A stretch of 64,000 bases of DNA from Lottia gigantea (taxonomy: Eukaryota), in NCBI RefSeq assembly GCF_000327385.1, contig NW_008709380.1, positions 1,534,552-1,598,551 of the forward strand, given 5' to 3'. Shown piece by piece: positions 16,083 to 28,000 of this stretch (its first letter is position 1; each line of letters begins with the position of its first letter). A program made the position numbers and the translations under genes. The notes below the pieces were generated by a model that saw only the letters and a program-made list of their open reading frames with translations, did no database searches and had not been told where the DNA came from.

Positions 16083-17681
16083 AGGATGTCATGGAATAAT
16101 GTATATAATGAAGGTAATCTTTATTAATTATAACCCAGTAGGGGTAACGTACCCCCTTCTAACATAACCATATCACACCTCAATAGGGTAGTCAAGTTGA
16201 CATGAAATAAGAAAGGTGTTTTGGGTATAATTGATCCGTATTTCCTGATTTGAAACACTATGTTTGACAATAACAAGCTGGCTTTAGACAATTAAATAAA
16301 TCTGACAGAATTATTGCCAGGAAAGTTTTTCTAACATTTATTTATTTATGTGAAAGAATTGAATGGAATTTTTCCAATGTATCTGTTGGAAGACAGGAGG
16401 AAGCAAAATTAGATGTAGTATTAAGATTTTCGTATAAGTATTTTTTCAGTGCCAAGCCCGTTAATTTTTAAATGTTGAGCGAAATTACTATGGGGAAATG
16501 AAATTACTTAACTATTTTTTAAAATAACACTAAGAATTATATTAAGAATATCCCATATTCGGAACATTTTTCAATTCAAATTATTTTTTTCCATATATAC
16601 TTTTTTTTTAAAAATTGCAAATTAAGTAATTCTAGTGTTCGAATAAAAACAATACCTACAAGGTATTAAAGTTTCAAACGACCAAACAAAACTTTATTGT
16701 GTGGTTTGACATTTTTTCATATAATCCATAAAAATAGTTGTTATTCGCTTAAATATTTTCATTTTAATATAGAATTTATAATCTTATAAATAAACATATT
16801 ATGTCTATAAAAATCATAACCAAAATGTCATGAAACTGAACCGGAAACTGGGAAAGGAAATATTTTATTTATGACTTCCATTGTATTCTGTTAGGATACA
16901 TCACTCAAAACGCGTCAAGTTTAGACCAGGAAATTTCTTTTTTAATCTTTTTTTTTTAACAAAAAAAAATTCATTTAAAGAGGAAAGGAAAAATAATGTG
17001 TGACGTCACGTACAAAGTGAAATAAATGGAGATTTACATGTCAATGGAGAATTCCAACATGACGTAATTGAAAAACTAAATATAGACCATATGACTAATT
17101 AATAATGTAATCAATTAACTGTAATTAAGATATTTATCAATTGACTCAATACATAACTATCTATATTTTCATTTCTTTAATATTTGTACTATTGCATATT
17201 CATTGTGAAAAAATGTGTTTAGCCGGAGAATTATATCAATAGTTTTATATTAAAAATTACTTCAATATACATTGTCATATGCATTTGAATTTTATGAAAA
17301 AATGTTTAAAAACTTCGTAGCCTACTCTGAAGATCTCTCTTATTTTTCAAAATTTTGATATGATGGAAAAGGAAACGAAAGTGCATGAGACCTTTTTCAA
17401 CGCAGATTGATATTCACTGATTATTTTCTTTTCATTTCCACCTGGACATTTCTTTCAATAGTGGCGTATTATATTCTGATAAGTATATTTAAAATTTAGT
17501 TGAAAGTTCCGATATGAAATTGATAATTTTTTAATAGTCTCAAATTCTTGTTCGGAAGGGACATACTACTTGAACAGCTCGGCGGGGATGTGAAGTTCAT
17601 GCACTGGAGGAAAACTGATCGCTGTTGCTTTTTTAGCTTTGAAAAACGCTCATCTGGATCAGAAGAATGAATCTGACCTAC

Positions 17682-18159
17682 CTGAATGTCCGTGTGTGTC
17701 GAGACCTTGAAATGTTTTATTTGTCATGGCCATTAAAGCATCTAATGGTGACTGTGATTTTAAACATGGACTAGGAACATCATCTTCTTCATCATCATCA
17801 TCTACATTAATTTCTTCATCAGAAGAACTTTCAGTCTCTGTCACAGCCGAGTCCCAGGGTCGCACAATCCTAGTATTATTGACCACTACCTGTACCCGAC
17901 CACGATGATAGGGTCGGGTAGCAATATGTCGGGAAGCTGGGGTAGAGAGTCTATTTTCCCGGGGTGACAATCTCTCCCTGGGAGAAGGCGTCCGTGACAC
18001 TTCCTTGGATGACGGCGTGGATAAGATGTCTTTGATGCTAAACGATGTGAAAGGTTTGTTTGGATTTCGGGGTGGTTGAACTTGAATCATGGCGAGGCGA
18101 TGGATGGAATCGTATGGTTGTTGGGAATCTTCGGAACAATCTGATAAACAACTTGACAT
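17682..18159 (-). CDS. Lbx: Lbx exon 1 (ATG at 18159-18157; eh1 motif and Lbx-specific SPLDALMAMTNKTFQGLD motif; ends with a phase-1 G)
   Basis: MSSCLSDCSEDSQQPYD...NPNKPFTSFSIKDIL is an engrailed-homology-1 repressor motif (FSIEDIL in LBX1). SPLDALMAMTNKTFQGLD corresponds to LBX1 SPLCALEELASKTFKGLE. The donor is CATTCAG|gtaggt at 17682/17681. Phase 1 matches the exon 2 acceptor (G+AT = Asp). The first real in-frame ATG is in good context (caggagATGt). Confidence 0.85.
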
Positions 18160-18639
18160 CTCCTGATGAAACAACAATATTAAAAGTTGTTCAACAACAT
18201 TACAGCATTATTTGCTTACAATCGTTTAAATAAAAATCTGAAGAAACTTTCGTACTATTTCCTTAAGAATATCATACACTGGTTGTGCTCACTGTGAAGT
18301 CCGCATCAGATTTTTTTCGATTTTCATCCAATCCTGTAAAATGATAATCCAATTAAAATAGTGGAAATGGTGTATTGGGTTGTACACTTGTTGACATCGG
18401 CAACCATCACCCTCAGACTCAGAGACGGCTCTATCTTGTTAGTCTTTTACTGAGAATAATAAGACCTCTTCAAATTCGTCAAGGACTGACATACAACGGA
18501 TAAAATCACACAAACAGTTTCTTGTAAAGCTAGAATAACTAATTGGTCCTAAACACCGTAATAACTGACGTATTTTGTAGGATAATGCACCTCCATTCTT
18601 GACAACCTTGTTGAGATGTTCGCGGAGAGATTTCATTGC

Positions 18640-18735
18640 CCTGGGCAGGGATAATGTTACTGTCGACCAATAGAAATTGAGTAGGCGTGGCTTATTAAAA
18701 CAGATTCACGCCTCAAGGCGCGAACACGCGGCTAA
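18640..18735 (-). promoter_or_regulatory. Candidate Lbx proximal promoter region (CCAAT box GACCAATAG at ~18667, a CpG cluster GCGCGAACACGCGGC, TAATTA homeodomain sites), ~500 bp upstream of the Lbx ATG
   Basis: The call rests on position relative to exon 1 and on motif content only. No TATA box was identified and the TSS is unknown. Confidence 0.3.
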
Positions 18736-21700
18736 TCGACAAGGATGAATTTCATCTAATAATTAAATTGATGAAATATTTTGAACAACTTTAAATGACA
18801 GATCAAGGGATTGAAATAGCCCAATAATTTGTTTAATGAATTTTAAAGAAATTAAAGAAGGTCCGAAACGACCGACTAAATGAAAATTGCAGGCTGGCGA
18901 GAGGCAAACATCATTAACAGATTTTCCGAGTGACTTGAGAAATTTTCCATGTCATTTCTTTCTACAATGACAGTCAATATTCTACATTATGTTTAAATAT
19001 CAAATAAAATTGTAATTCAAATTTTTCTCCAAGTGCTTCCGTTTTCAACACGAATTGTGAAATTAATCGAGAATACTGGCGTTCTGTTGGAATCAGATGA
19101 TTGGAGAACAAACAAACAATAACAAAACAGAAGTAGTTTCATATGCCAAGCAAATTTCAATTTGTCTGCTGTACATAACTTGTGTAATTTTATTTGTGGA
19201 TTTTTTTTATACATTTTTATTTATATTTTCTGTCAAAGAAACTAAAAAAGGCAGTGCCATTGGTTTAAGCTATACGCTGTTATTTTAGAAATGTCTTGTA
19301 TATATTACAATCAAGTTTTAGAGTTTCCTTTATTCTGGCTACCAAACTATCATTGACCCCAGAATAATGTACCATTTGGTGGATTGGTTTGCAAGCGGCT
19401 GATGAAAAATAAAATGAAGGTCGGTAAGACTTTGATTAAGTAATTAACATTTAGATTACATGGTTGATAATTACTGAGAATAAATCGTGTAAAATATAAA
19501 TTATATTTATTTGTCATACTGTCGCTGTAAGGTGGGAAATCAGTCATATTAATGATATTATTAATTTTACAGAATAAACAAACCGCGAGATAATTAGTTC
19601 ACTTTAATTAACTTATAATAATTACTTCGTAAACATAGTGACAGCGAATGTTCTATGATATTCTGACAAAAATTGAATCATCTTTTCAAGATATTGTGCA
19701 AAAAAAATATCATTCGAAGTTATTGTGTTCAATTGGCTTACAGACTGTATTGTAGAGCTAACAACTGTAATTATATGGCACTTGTGACTGTTTCTGTGGC
19801 TAGAAAACAAAGTTACATGAATACGTCAAGTATGCAAAATTTTCTGTGAATCAAATTACACTATTACAGAGTTAATATCAATTTGAAAATTTGATACATA
19901 TTATTTAAAATGATAAATTTAAAAAATTTCTATTGTTTTGGAGTATTCATAAGTTTGAAAATTCAAGAAATCTGCCGTACTATTAAGCAGAATCTGATAG
20001 CTGGTGGAACACGATATTTTGCATGGCACATTTTTGTATAAATGAGAGACTAGCATTATATAATTAATACATGTAATTTTTAAAAATTATTCATTTTATA
20101 CTAGAACCTTAAAATGGATAATGAGCCATTTTCGGGTCTTGAATATATGTAAATAGTCTTGAGAAATAGTAGAAATGTACGAAAATTGCATAAATCCTTC
20201 AAAAATATCTCAAACTAGGAATTTCTTTTCCTATTTCTACAGATATCCTTTCTATATATATATAGAAGTGTCTCAAACGCGAATATTCAAATTTTGATGG
20301 TGTGCTGTGAACACTATTACTAATTGGCTTACCTGAAGAATTCCCTTTTCGGAGACTAGGGTACGATTTGTAAAAAAATTGGCACATCTGTCCTTTTAAA
20401 GATTTGATTCCACTTTATCCAAATGAGAATTTAACGAATTATTGTCCCATTAAATGATTATAATGAATAGGTTTTAAAGGTAATAATTCATTAAACTCAG
20501 AACGTGTACATGTATTTAACTATACAGTTAAACGGTTCATGACATCAAAGAGAAGCTATAGGTACCCTGTGGTCAAATCAGTCAGCTTATCATTGCATTA
20601 TGGTACTATTAGTGACTATTTATTGGTAGCCAATATCTATATATCTACCCATTCCTTATTCCACAATCTTTACTTTATCTGTAGCAATTTAACACAAGAG
20701 TTCATTAAGGACAAAAACGTAAGTGGCCAGCATCAGTGTGATTCAGATCAGAACAAACGTAGGCCCTATGATCAATTTAGATATTCACATCACTTTTTAC
20801 ATCAGGGAACATACACAATAAATTTGTATGATACGTAAATATACAAATGTGAAAAGAAAAAAGGGTTATATCACTAAGGTTCATGAGGCCTGTCTTCTGG
20901 GAAGTAGGTAGCCAACTTCAAGGTACGAGTGGGACGACTGCAATTATCAGACAAGATGAAAAAAACGGATGATAATAAATTTTAGTGTTGTGGGTCGTTC
21001 GATCTCAGATTTCTGAAAACTATCTCCTGCTTTAAAAGCAAACCATTAAAGAGTAACTAAAAATATAAAGGTAGGCTAAAACTTCATTGAATTTAGGATT
21101 TGACTCTAAGTGACTTTAAATGATTTTCATTCATTCAATTGTCATGAAATCATCTATGAATATATTTAATTTTCAATACACAAATACCAGACATTTATTA
21201 TAATTTCGTTTTGAATCATTATACGTGTTGACATTTTAATGAACCAAGAAAAGCCTCAGTCTGAAATGCGCATCCCAGTAGACGGGCGCAAATCTTAGAA
21301 GGTCATTAATATTCGGGCTTATTGAAACAGGAAAAATCGTAAAAAGCTGAGTAAGAAGGCTGAGTAGATTTTTATCAAATTAACACACCATTTAAACTAT
21401 CAATGTCAAGAAAATGAAAACCATTCGGGACGTCGAGTAAGAAAATTAGCCTCCTTTCCACTCAATCTGGACATTTGTAAATTGAATTAGATATTGCTAA
21501 TGGTTTTATTGTTAAATCCTCAGTCGATGTAGAAATAAGGTGTGAAAACTCAAGGGAATTAAATAAGATCAAGCAAAGTTGTAATGAGATTGGATCGTCG
21601 TGTAGCCTATCAAAAATGATGAATGACTGAATTGAAAAACGACGACGGTGTTAGATTGCTGTTAAACCGCGATATTAGCCTTATTTCGGTAATATGAAAT

Positions 21701-22704
21701 TGATTTGTTAGAAGTCCAAGTTGATAAAGGCTTTCTGGATTGATGTATATTAATTTAAAGAACGAAACATATTTACAAAACGTGTAATAACTGGATTCAT
21801 TTCAAATAAGTGACATTTCACGTTTGCGGTTGATATGTTATAAGACCCCTATGGATTTTGCCTTGCTTCGTGTTTTGTGTATATCGTTATTCTCCTGCTG
21901 GTTTGTCCTATGGTAAGAATTGAGCATACAATACACAATCAGAAGAATGTAGCCAAATTTACACTGTGGTCGAATATTTGGTTTTGGTTTCAGACCGTAT
22001 CAATCTGTGTGATCTCCGTGATCAAGACAGCCAACATATCATTTAGATCATTACCGATCTGCTCAGATCTGCCAGCAAAATGTCAGATTCGGCAACCATG
22101 GGGAGGTATCGATATCATCAATTATCACCACGTATTTAAAAAGCCCCCAATGAGTTCATTATTACCCAAATCCCTAACAAAAACCCGAACTAATTCCAGA
22201 TTTCTGCGTCTGAAAATCAAATTTAAAATGACTAGTAAGTGGCTGTAGAATAGTTCAGCAATATTGTCATGTGCCAGCCGATAAGATGAAGTAAGGTAAT
22301 AAAAGCACCGAGTTGTGCCTGTATATAGAAACTGATCAGGCTTTCATAATAATCATATGCTGCACATTACCAACAATAACCTATTAGCTCATTATGCGAT
22401 GGGCTGAAAAACTCCTGCAGCAAAAGAGAAGATCTTTCAAAGTAATGCCTTACTTGAAGTAAATTCTTTAGAATTCATGACTATTAATTATAAGAAAAAC
22501 GTAACCAATATAATGTGGAGAGACGAGGGACAAAAATTGAATAAATTTGAATGCTCGTGTCATGTCAAACGAAAAGAAACGTCAGTAATTCAACAAGATG
22601 AGAAGAAGAGAGAAAATATTGAACGTAAATAGATTCAATTAGTGCACTAACACCTTTAATTGATTTCACTGTTTTCCTCGCTTCAACGATAATTAGCCAG
22701 CGGG

Positions 22705-22765
22705 AAAATACGAGATCACCCATTGGCTCACGTGGTGTGAATAAGTCACGTGACCAATCCATATG
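22705..22765. promoter_or_regulatory. Palindromic module: inverted CCAAT (ATTGG) - CACGTG - 14 bp - CACGTG - CCAAT
   Basis: The sequence is cccATTGGctCACGTGgtgtgaataagtCACGTGaCCAATcc. NF-Y-type CCAAT boxes flank two canonical E-boxes in a perfect inverted arrangement. It lies ~300 bp from the CpG-bearing 32-bp array. Confidence 0.4.
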
Positions 22766-23029
22766 ATCCGAGCGTCAAGGAGGTTTCCCATTTCAATCAA
22801 TCAAAAAAGGAAATATAATGCGCATACATTTAAAATTGGACAGATGGGAGTTCACACTTTAGTAGGTGATGAACAATTTCAGTTCCAGATTGATGTCTGG
22901 TCTTAAACACATTTGACTGGTTTTGTACTATGGAAGATTCGGGATACCATGCAAAAGATATTTTTTCAAAAAAATATACAGAACAAAACCGTGGCAACAA
23001 TTATGATTTCACCATCAATAAAAAACATC

Positions 23030-23235
23030 GTTCATGACGTATTACGAGGTAGTAAGGCATTTTTCGTGACGTATTGTTGCGGGGTTGTAAGGCATTGTTT
23101 ATGGCGTCTCCCGAGGGGTAGTAAGACATCGTTCATGGCGTTTCCCGAGGTAGTAAGGCATTGTTCATGGCGTTTCCCGAGGTAGTAAGGCATTGTTCAT
23201 GACGTTTCACGAGGTAGTAAGGCATCGTTCGTGAT
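23030..23235. repeat. 32-bp CpG-containing tandem repeat (GAGGTAGTAAGGCATTGTTCATGGCGTTTCCC) x ~6.5, with decayed copies to ~23360
   Basis: Direct reading. The copies diverge at the 5' side and are near-identical in the middle. The repeat generates the spurious ORF 22913-23185. Confidence 0.85.
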
Positions 23236-23689
23236 ATTATACAACTGTTCCAAATAGTTTAATGAGATTGAAGACGTTACCCATGAAGTTTCACGAGATA
23301 GAAAACGTTAGTCCTGAAGTTTTTAAAACATGCTTTAGTAACCCTCGAAGTTTTGTCAAGGTTGCAAGCATGGCTTTCCGTAGTACAGCTGTCAGTTTCT
23401 ACCTGACTGATGCTCGGGACGAGAGTGAGTAATAATGAACATTAATTGGACTAGACTAGAGAAGGTGTATGAAATATCAACTCCAACAAGACATGATCCG
23501 TTTACATCTTCTCAATATTCTACCACTGTTTTACGCCTGTCAGTTGCCATTTATTCTTCTACCCTTACAATTCACTTTATCTTTTTCTAGACTCATTCTT
23601 TATTCTACCTTATTGACACATTGATATCAACTTACAAAATATCTTTTGATGTTTCTAACACCACTACCTCTTTATCGATCTGCGGTCTG

Positions 23690-23850
23690 TCGTCAGAAAC
23701 AACATAGCCTTAAGCTCAGTCGGTAGCGATTTCGATTGTCGACTACTTTGACTACTGGGTGAATAGGGTCTTTGACTATGAATCCGTGTTTGCTTTCGAA
23801 GGAAGCACGATGTCGACTCCAAGCCCCTTCCACCCGTCTGAAACATTAGA
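23690..23850 (+). mobile_element. tRNA-derived SINE-like fragment (box A-like TAAGCTCAGTCGGTAGCG; box B-like GAATCC about 80 bp downstream); not a functional tRNA
   Basis: GCCTTAAGCTCAGTCGGTAGCG resembles a tRNA acceptor/D-arm. No proper anticodon arm or T-arm cloverleaf can be drawn. The A-B spacing is too long for a tRNA. Confidence 0.35.
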
Positions 23851-25046
23851 ACTGTGACTGGTTGGTTCGAAACTGAAAGTCAAAAGAAACATCACTACTA
23901 AAAATACTGATAAACTTAACAGATACTGGCAGTTACAAGTCTCGTGGTTCAACTCATTGAACGTTCTACTGTCTCTATTCTTTGCCATATATTTCATGTC
24001 GTCACTAATATAATATAACCATTTGCAAATGAAGTAATAATTATGCTAAATCCACATAACTTTTGACTTTCAGTATATAACAGATTCGAACTGGAATGTT
24101 TGGGTGGTTCGACCTAACTAAATTCATTGACGTCAGAAACTCATCCACTGATTCAAACAGATCCCCTTCTAGGTAGTAAAAGGTCTGACAGCGGAGAGAT
24201 TCCTCGTTTGAGACTCCCGCTATTATTACAGCGTCTGATGACAACATCCTTACTGTGTTTTATCTGAACCTGTAAATATTCTGAATAATGAAACTGGGTG
24301 AAGTTGTGATAGAAAGAGATAACATTTGACATAATATTCTAAATAATGATGCCAGAAACACTTCAGGATATTTTTTCATCAGAATAAATTATTATACTTA
24401 TTGATAATATCCTTCTTCTATCATCCAATCTTAGAAAATATTATTAAAACTTATACAAAACATTTCATATAATCACCCATTTATATTACTTTAAATTTGA
24501 CGCTCTTCACAGAATAACCCACATCAAAGAAATTGTAGATTCAAGAACTCGGCGTGAGGCTTCTAAAGAGATATTTTTTGAGTGCTAAATATTAGAAACT
24601 GTATGTATGAAATGGAATAATGATAAAATACTGTAATATTATAAGAGTTGAAGATTGGTAATTATAGTTTCATTACGTCGACAAGACTATCTCCTTCACT
24701 CAATAATTATTACATTTTATATTTAAAGCTGGATACCACCCATTACGATAATTTCAAATTTAAAGCTGCAAAGCAGCTGCATAAATTTCAAATATGATTT
24801 TATTTCTTGTATTAGAACATGCACTATTAGTATCTAATGAGCAATAAACGTATTTTTAAGGTATTCTTCCCTGATTTGGGCATTTCGCAAAGATCCTACA
24901 ATGAATACTGTAAAATTCAAACTTCAAAGCTCAACAATATTTGTATCACATTCAATGGCCTGTGCAAAACCCAGACACTATAAAATTATCTTTGTATGCA
25001 GTCATCCATGGAAATGACATTTTTAGAAATAATGGAAGTTATAGTT

Positions 25047-25090
25047 TCCAGCATCAGCATCAGCATTAGTATCAACATCAGCATCAATAT
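25047..25090. repeat. Short (CAGCAT)n-like hexamer microsatellite
   Basis: The sequence cagcatcagcatcagcattagtatcaacatcagcatcaa. Confidence 0.6.
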
Positions 25091-28000
25091 TTCATTTCTT
25101 GCTTTCAATGAAACAAGATTGTAAGGCTATATTATGAAAAGGCCATGAAAGCAACAAATGCTGATCACATCATTAATGAATAACCTTTAGATACAACCAC
25201 ATCAAGTAAAATGTATGAAAAAGCTCCGATAGTCAGAATACATGGTGAAAAGTTGGTGGTCAATAACAAGACGGTTCTGTCATATGTTGAATGTTTTATG
25301 CTCATTATGTTGGAGTTTATGAACTTTAAACAGCTGCACTAACTAGTATCTTGTTAAGAATCGGAGAAAAACTTCTATTTTATGTTGAAACCATCCCGAT
25401 TCACTGAGTAATATTATTTTATGATAGTTAATTTTATATACCAGAGTCTGTTAAAACAATTAGAAGGTTGTCAAGTAGAACATAAAGTATGTAGAAATCT
25501 AATTTGTGTGAAAAGTTTGATGGAATCAACTGACCATAATATCACGGTGCATAATAACATTTCTGATACTTCTGGGCATTTTCGGACCTCCGAAATCTTA
25601 CGTTTGGTCTCTTTTATATTTAGACATTTTAATAATGGATATGTAGGTTGAATTTTTACATCACTGTGAAGCCAATATCCATTACCATGGCAAATATTAT
25701 AATTGCAAATAAATTTGTTGAGATTTATAAGTAAAAGAACATACAAAACATATAATTCATTTGGCACAAAAGCGTAACTGTTACTCCGTGTGATCATTAC
25801 CAAAAGTCAAAGGTTGGTAGATAGAGGCTTCCAGGAAAAAAAGAAGAAGCATGGGTCCTACTATAAGAAAGAGAGTCAGAGGCAACATAGTTTTTGGATA
25901 TTTTGCAACTTGCTGTTGGATAACAACAAGCAGGTTTTCGAGGATCGTATATAGACACTGGTCATTGGTCAAATCCCATTGCATTGATCTATATCCATAT
26001 TGAATTATGAAGAAATGGTCTTCTTATGGTCCTTTGCAAACCTACCAAATTATAAACCCACGGTTAAGCTCACATTGTTTTCGAATTAACGAAGGAAATA
26101 ATGCCCAAATGTCAACGTTCTATCCTACAGAACTACATAATTCCTGTCAATATGCCAATAAATTATAATGCTCTTGCTTTTTTTGGGAAGAAAAAGTCCA
26201 GTTTCACAAAATAAATGTAGAATTAGGTTGAACTCTGCCTTTAATTTTACATTGGCTTTATACTCTAGATCTCTTTAAAAACATCAAAGTAGCCCATTAA
26301 ACAAATGAGCATATTGCACGCGCTAATGGTCGGAAGAATATGTGTTTATAATGACAGAAAATTATCAAAAATTAAATTTATGTATTTTGATATGTATTAT
26401 TATATGTATACAAGAAATACTGCCCTATAATCATAACCATGGAACCGCGAAAACGGTAAATTTTACAAAAACCTTACTTTGATTCAGCGTCTGCACTTCA
26501 AAGCAGAAGAATCGCCTTCAAGCTTTTAGAAATTCAAAATGGCGTGTTTCTAGTGGACTATAAAAATTGTTGAAGTCTTTAATTATTTTAGGAAACAATA
26601 AATGAATTGTTTTATACATCAAAGGCGGTGAATATTTAAGAATTAATATACATATAGATATTTTACATTCAGCTTTCAAAGAGGTTTTCTTTAGAAGGAC
26701 ATATTTTGGATCAAACAGCTTCAAGATGACTATTAAATTTAATGGCTATAAAAATTCTATTTACAGTATACTATAGATAAAGAGATGAACTCAAATATAA
26801 ATCTTGTACCGATATTGAAAGTAGAATCACAAAGACAATTTTAAGATATGAAATACTAATTTTATTTGATCCCTAAATAACTTGAATCCAAATATGCATT
26901 TCCTAAAGACAATCTTATTATTATTATTTAATTTTTTGAAAGCTTTAAACAAATCTGAATGGGAATAAATTAAATGCATCATTTTGTCTGATGCGGCATT
27001 TCGTTATTACTATTCATTTGAACACCAGCAGCAAATAACCAAAAATTATAATTGTATTATTAGTTGCATATCCTCGTTAAATGGTTGAAGTCCAATGTTA
27101 AATTCAAAGGAACATTAGCGATAAATTGATCTACCACAATGCCAAATCATTCTCACAACCGAAATCTCCCTAAAAGAGCGCCCAGGTAGATTGGAAATTC
27201 AAACTACCCCTCAGATAAGTCGCAGTTCATATATTATATCATATAAATTGACCGAACGAGTTAACTCGGTGGTCGAAATCTTGAAACCAACCTATCTGCC
27301 GGAAAGTAGAACATGAGTGATTGAAAGCAACTGCAATATTTTATTCGTCCTTGTTTAAATTTTCCTTTATGATGTCGACTGTTTTGCAACCATAATAGTA
27401 AAAAGCATCGATTATAATATATCACTATTTTTCTTATTGAAACTTGCAACAACGCCCATTTTGAAAAACAATATGGCGGCTTTAATTGAAGGTGAGAGGT
27501 CAGAAAAGAGGTATTGAAGACGACAATTTCTGAAGTAAATCAAAGTTGATAACCTATAACCACCTTACTCCTTTAATCATCTGATCAGATCGCTGCACGC
27601 GTTCCATTTCAATTTTGTTTAACACGAGGGGCAGGATATGTAATAGCCACAAGTTAACCTTTGACCTATTGTCAATACCCCAGGAGATGTAATTGATTAC
27701 ATTACATGAAATGATCAAGTATTGTACTATATCATGTAATTAAAGGGTTACCTGTGATATATTGATCTTTACCTTGTTTTAAACTATTTATCTGTAAGGA
27801 ACAAAATAGACTTAGATTTAGCAGGTATGACGAAACATGGGGGTCGGGTTCTTTATATTGTGGAGGTTAACAAATCTCCACAGTTGGAAATCAAAATTAG
27901 TTACTGAGGACAAAATGTAGGTAGCCTGTCTTTAATTGGTGCATATTCTCGTTTCATTTTTGAAGCCATCTCCCGTCAAATTTCAGCAAGCAGAGGGCAG

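Noticed and set aside
15730-16083. 117-aa Tyr-rich ORF
   Set aside because: It is generated by the ATATTTACAA minisatellite. It is low complexity with no homology.
17726-17908. Plus-strand ORF with a poly-Ser run
   Set aside because: It is antisense to the acidic Asp/Glu stretch of Lbx exon 1. It is a complement-strand artefact.
22913-23185. 90-aa ORF with an internal repeat (…VVRHCLWRLPRG…VVRHCSWRFPR)
   Set aside because: It is produced by the 32-bp tandem array (32 bp is not a multiple of 3, but decay keeps a frame open).
23700-23790. tRNA gene (tRNA-like 5' half AAGCTCAGTCGGTAGCG)
   Set aside because: No valid anticodon arm or T-arm can be folded, and the A/B-box spacing is about 80 bp. 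It is better explained as a tRNA-derived SINE remnant.
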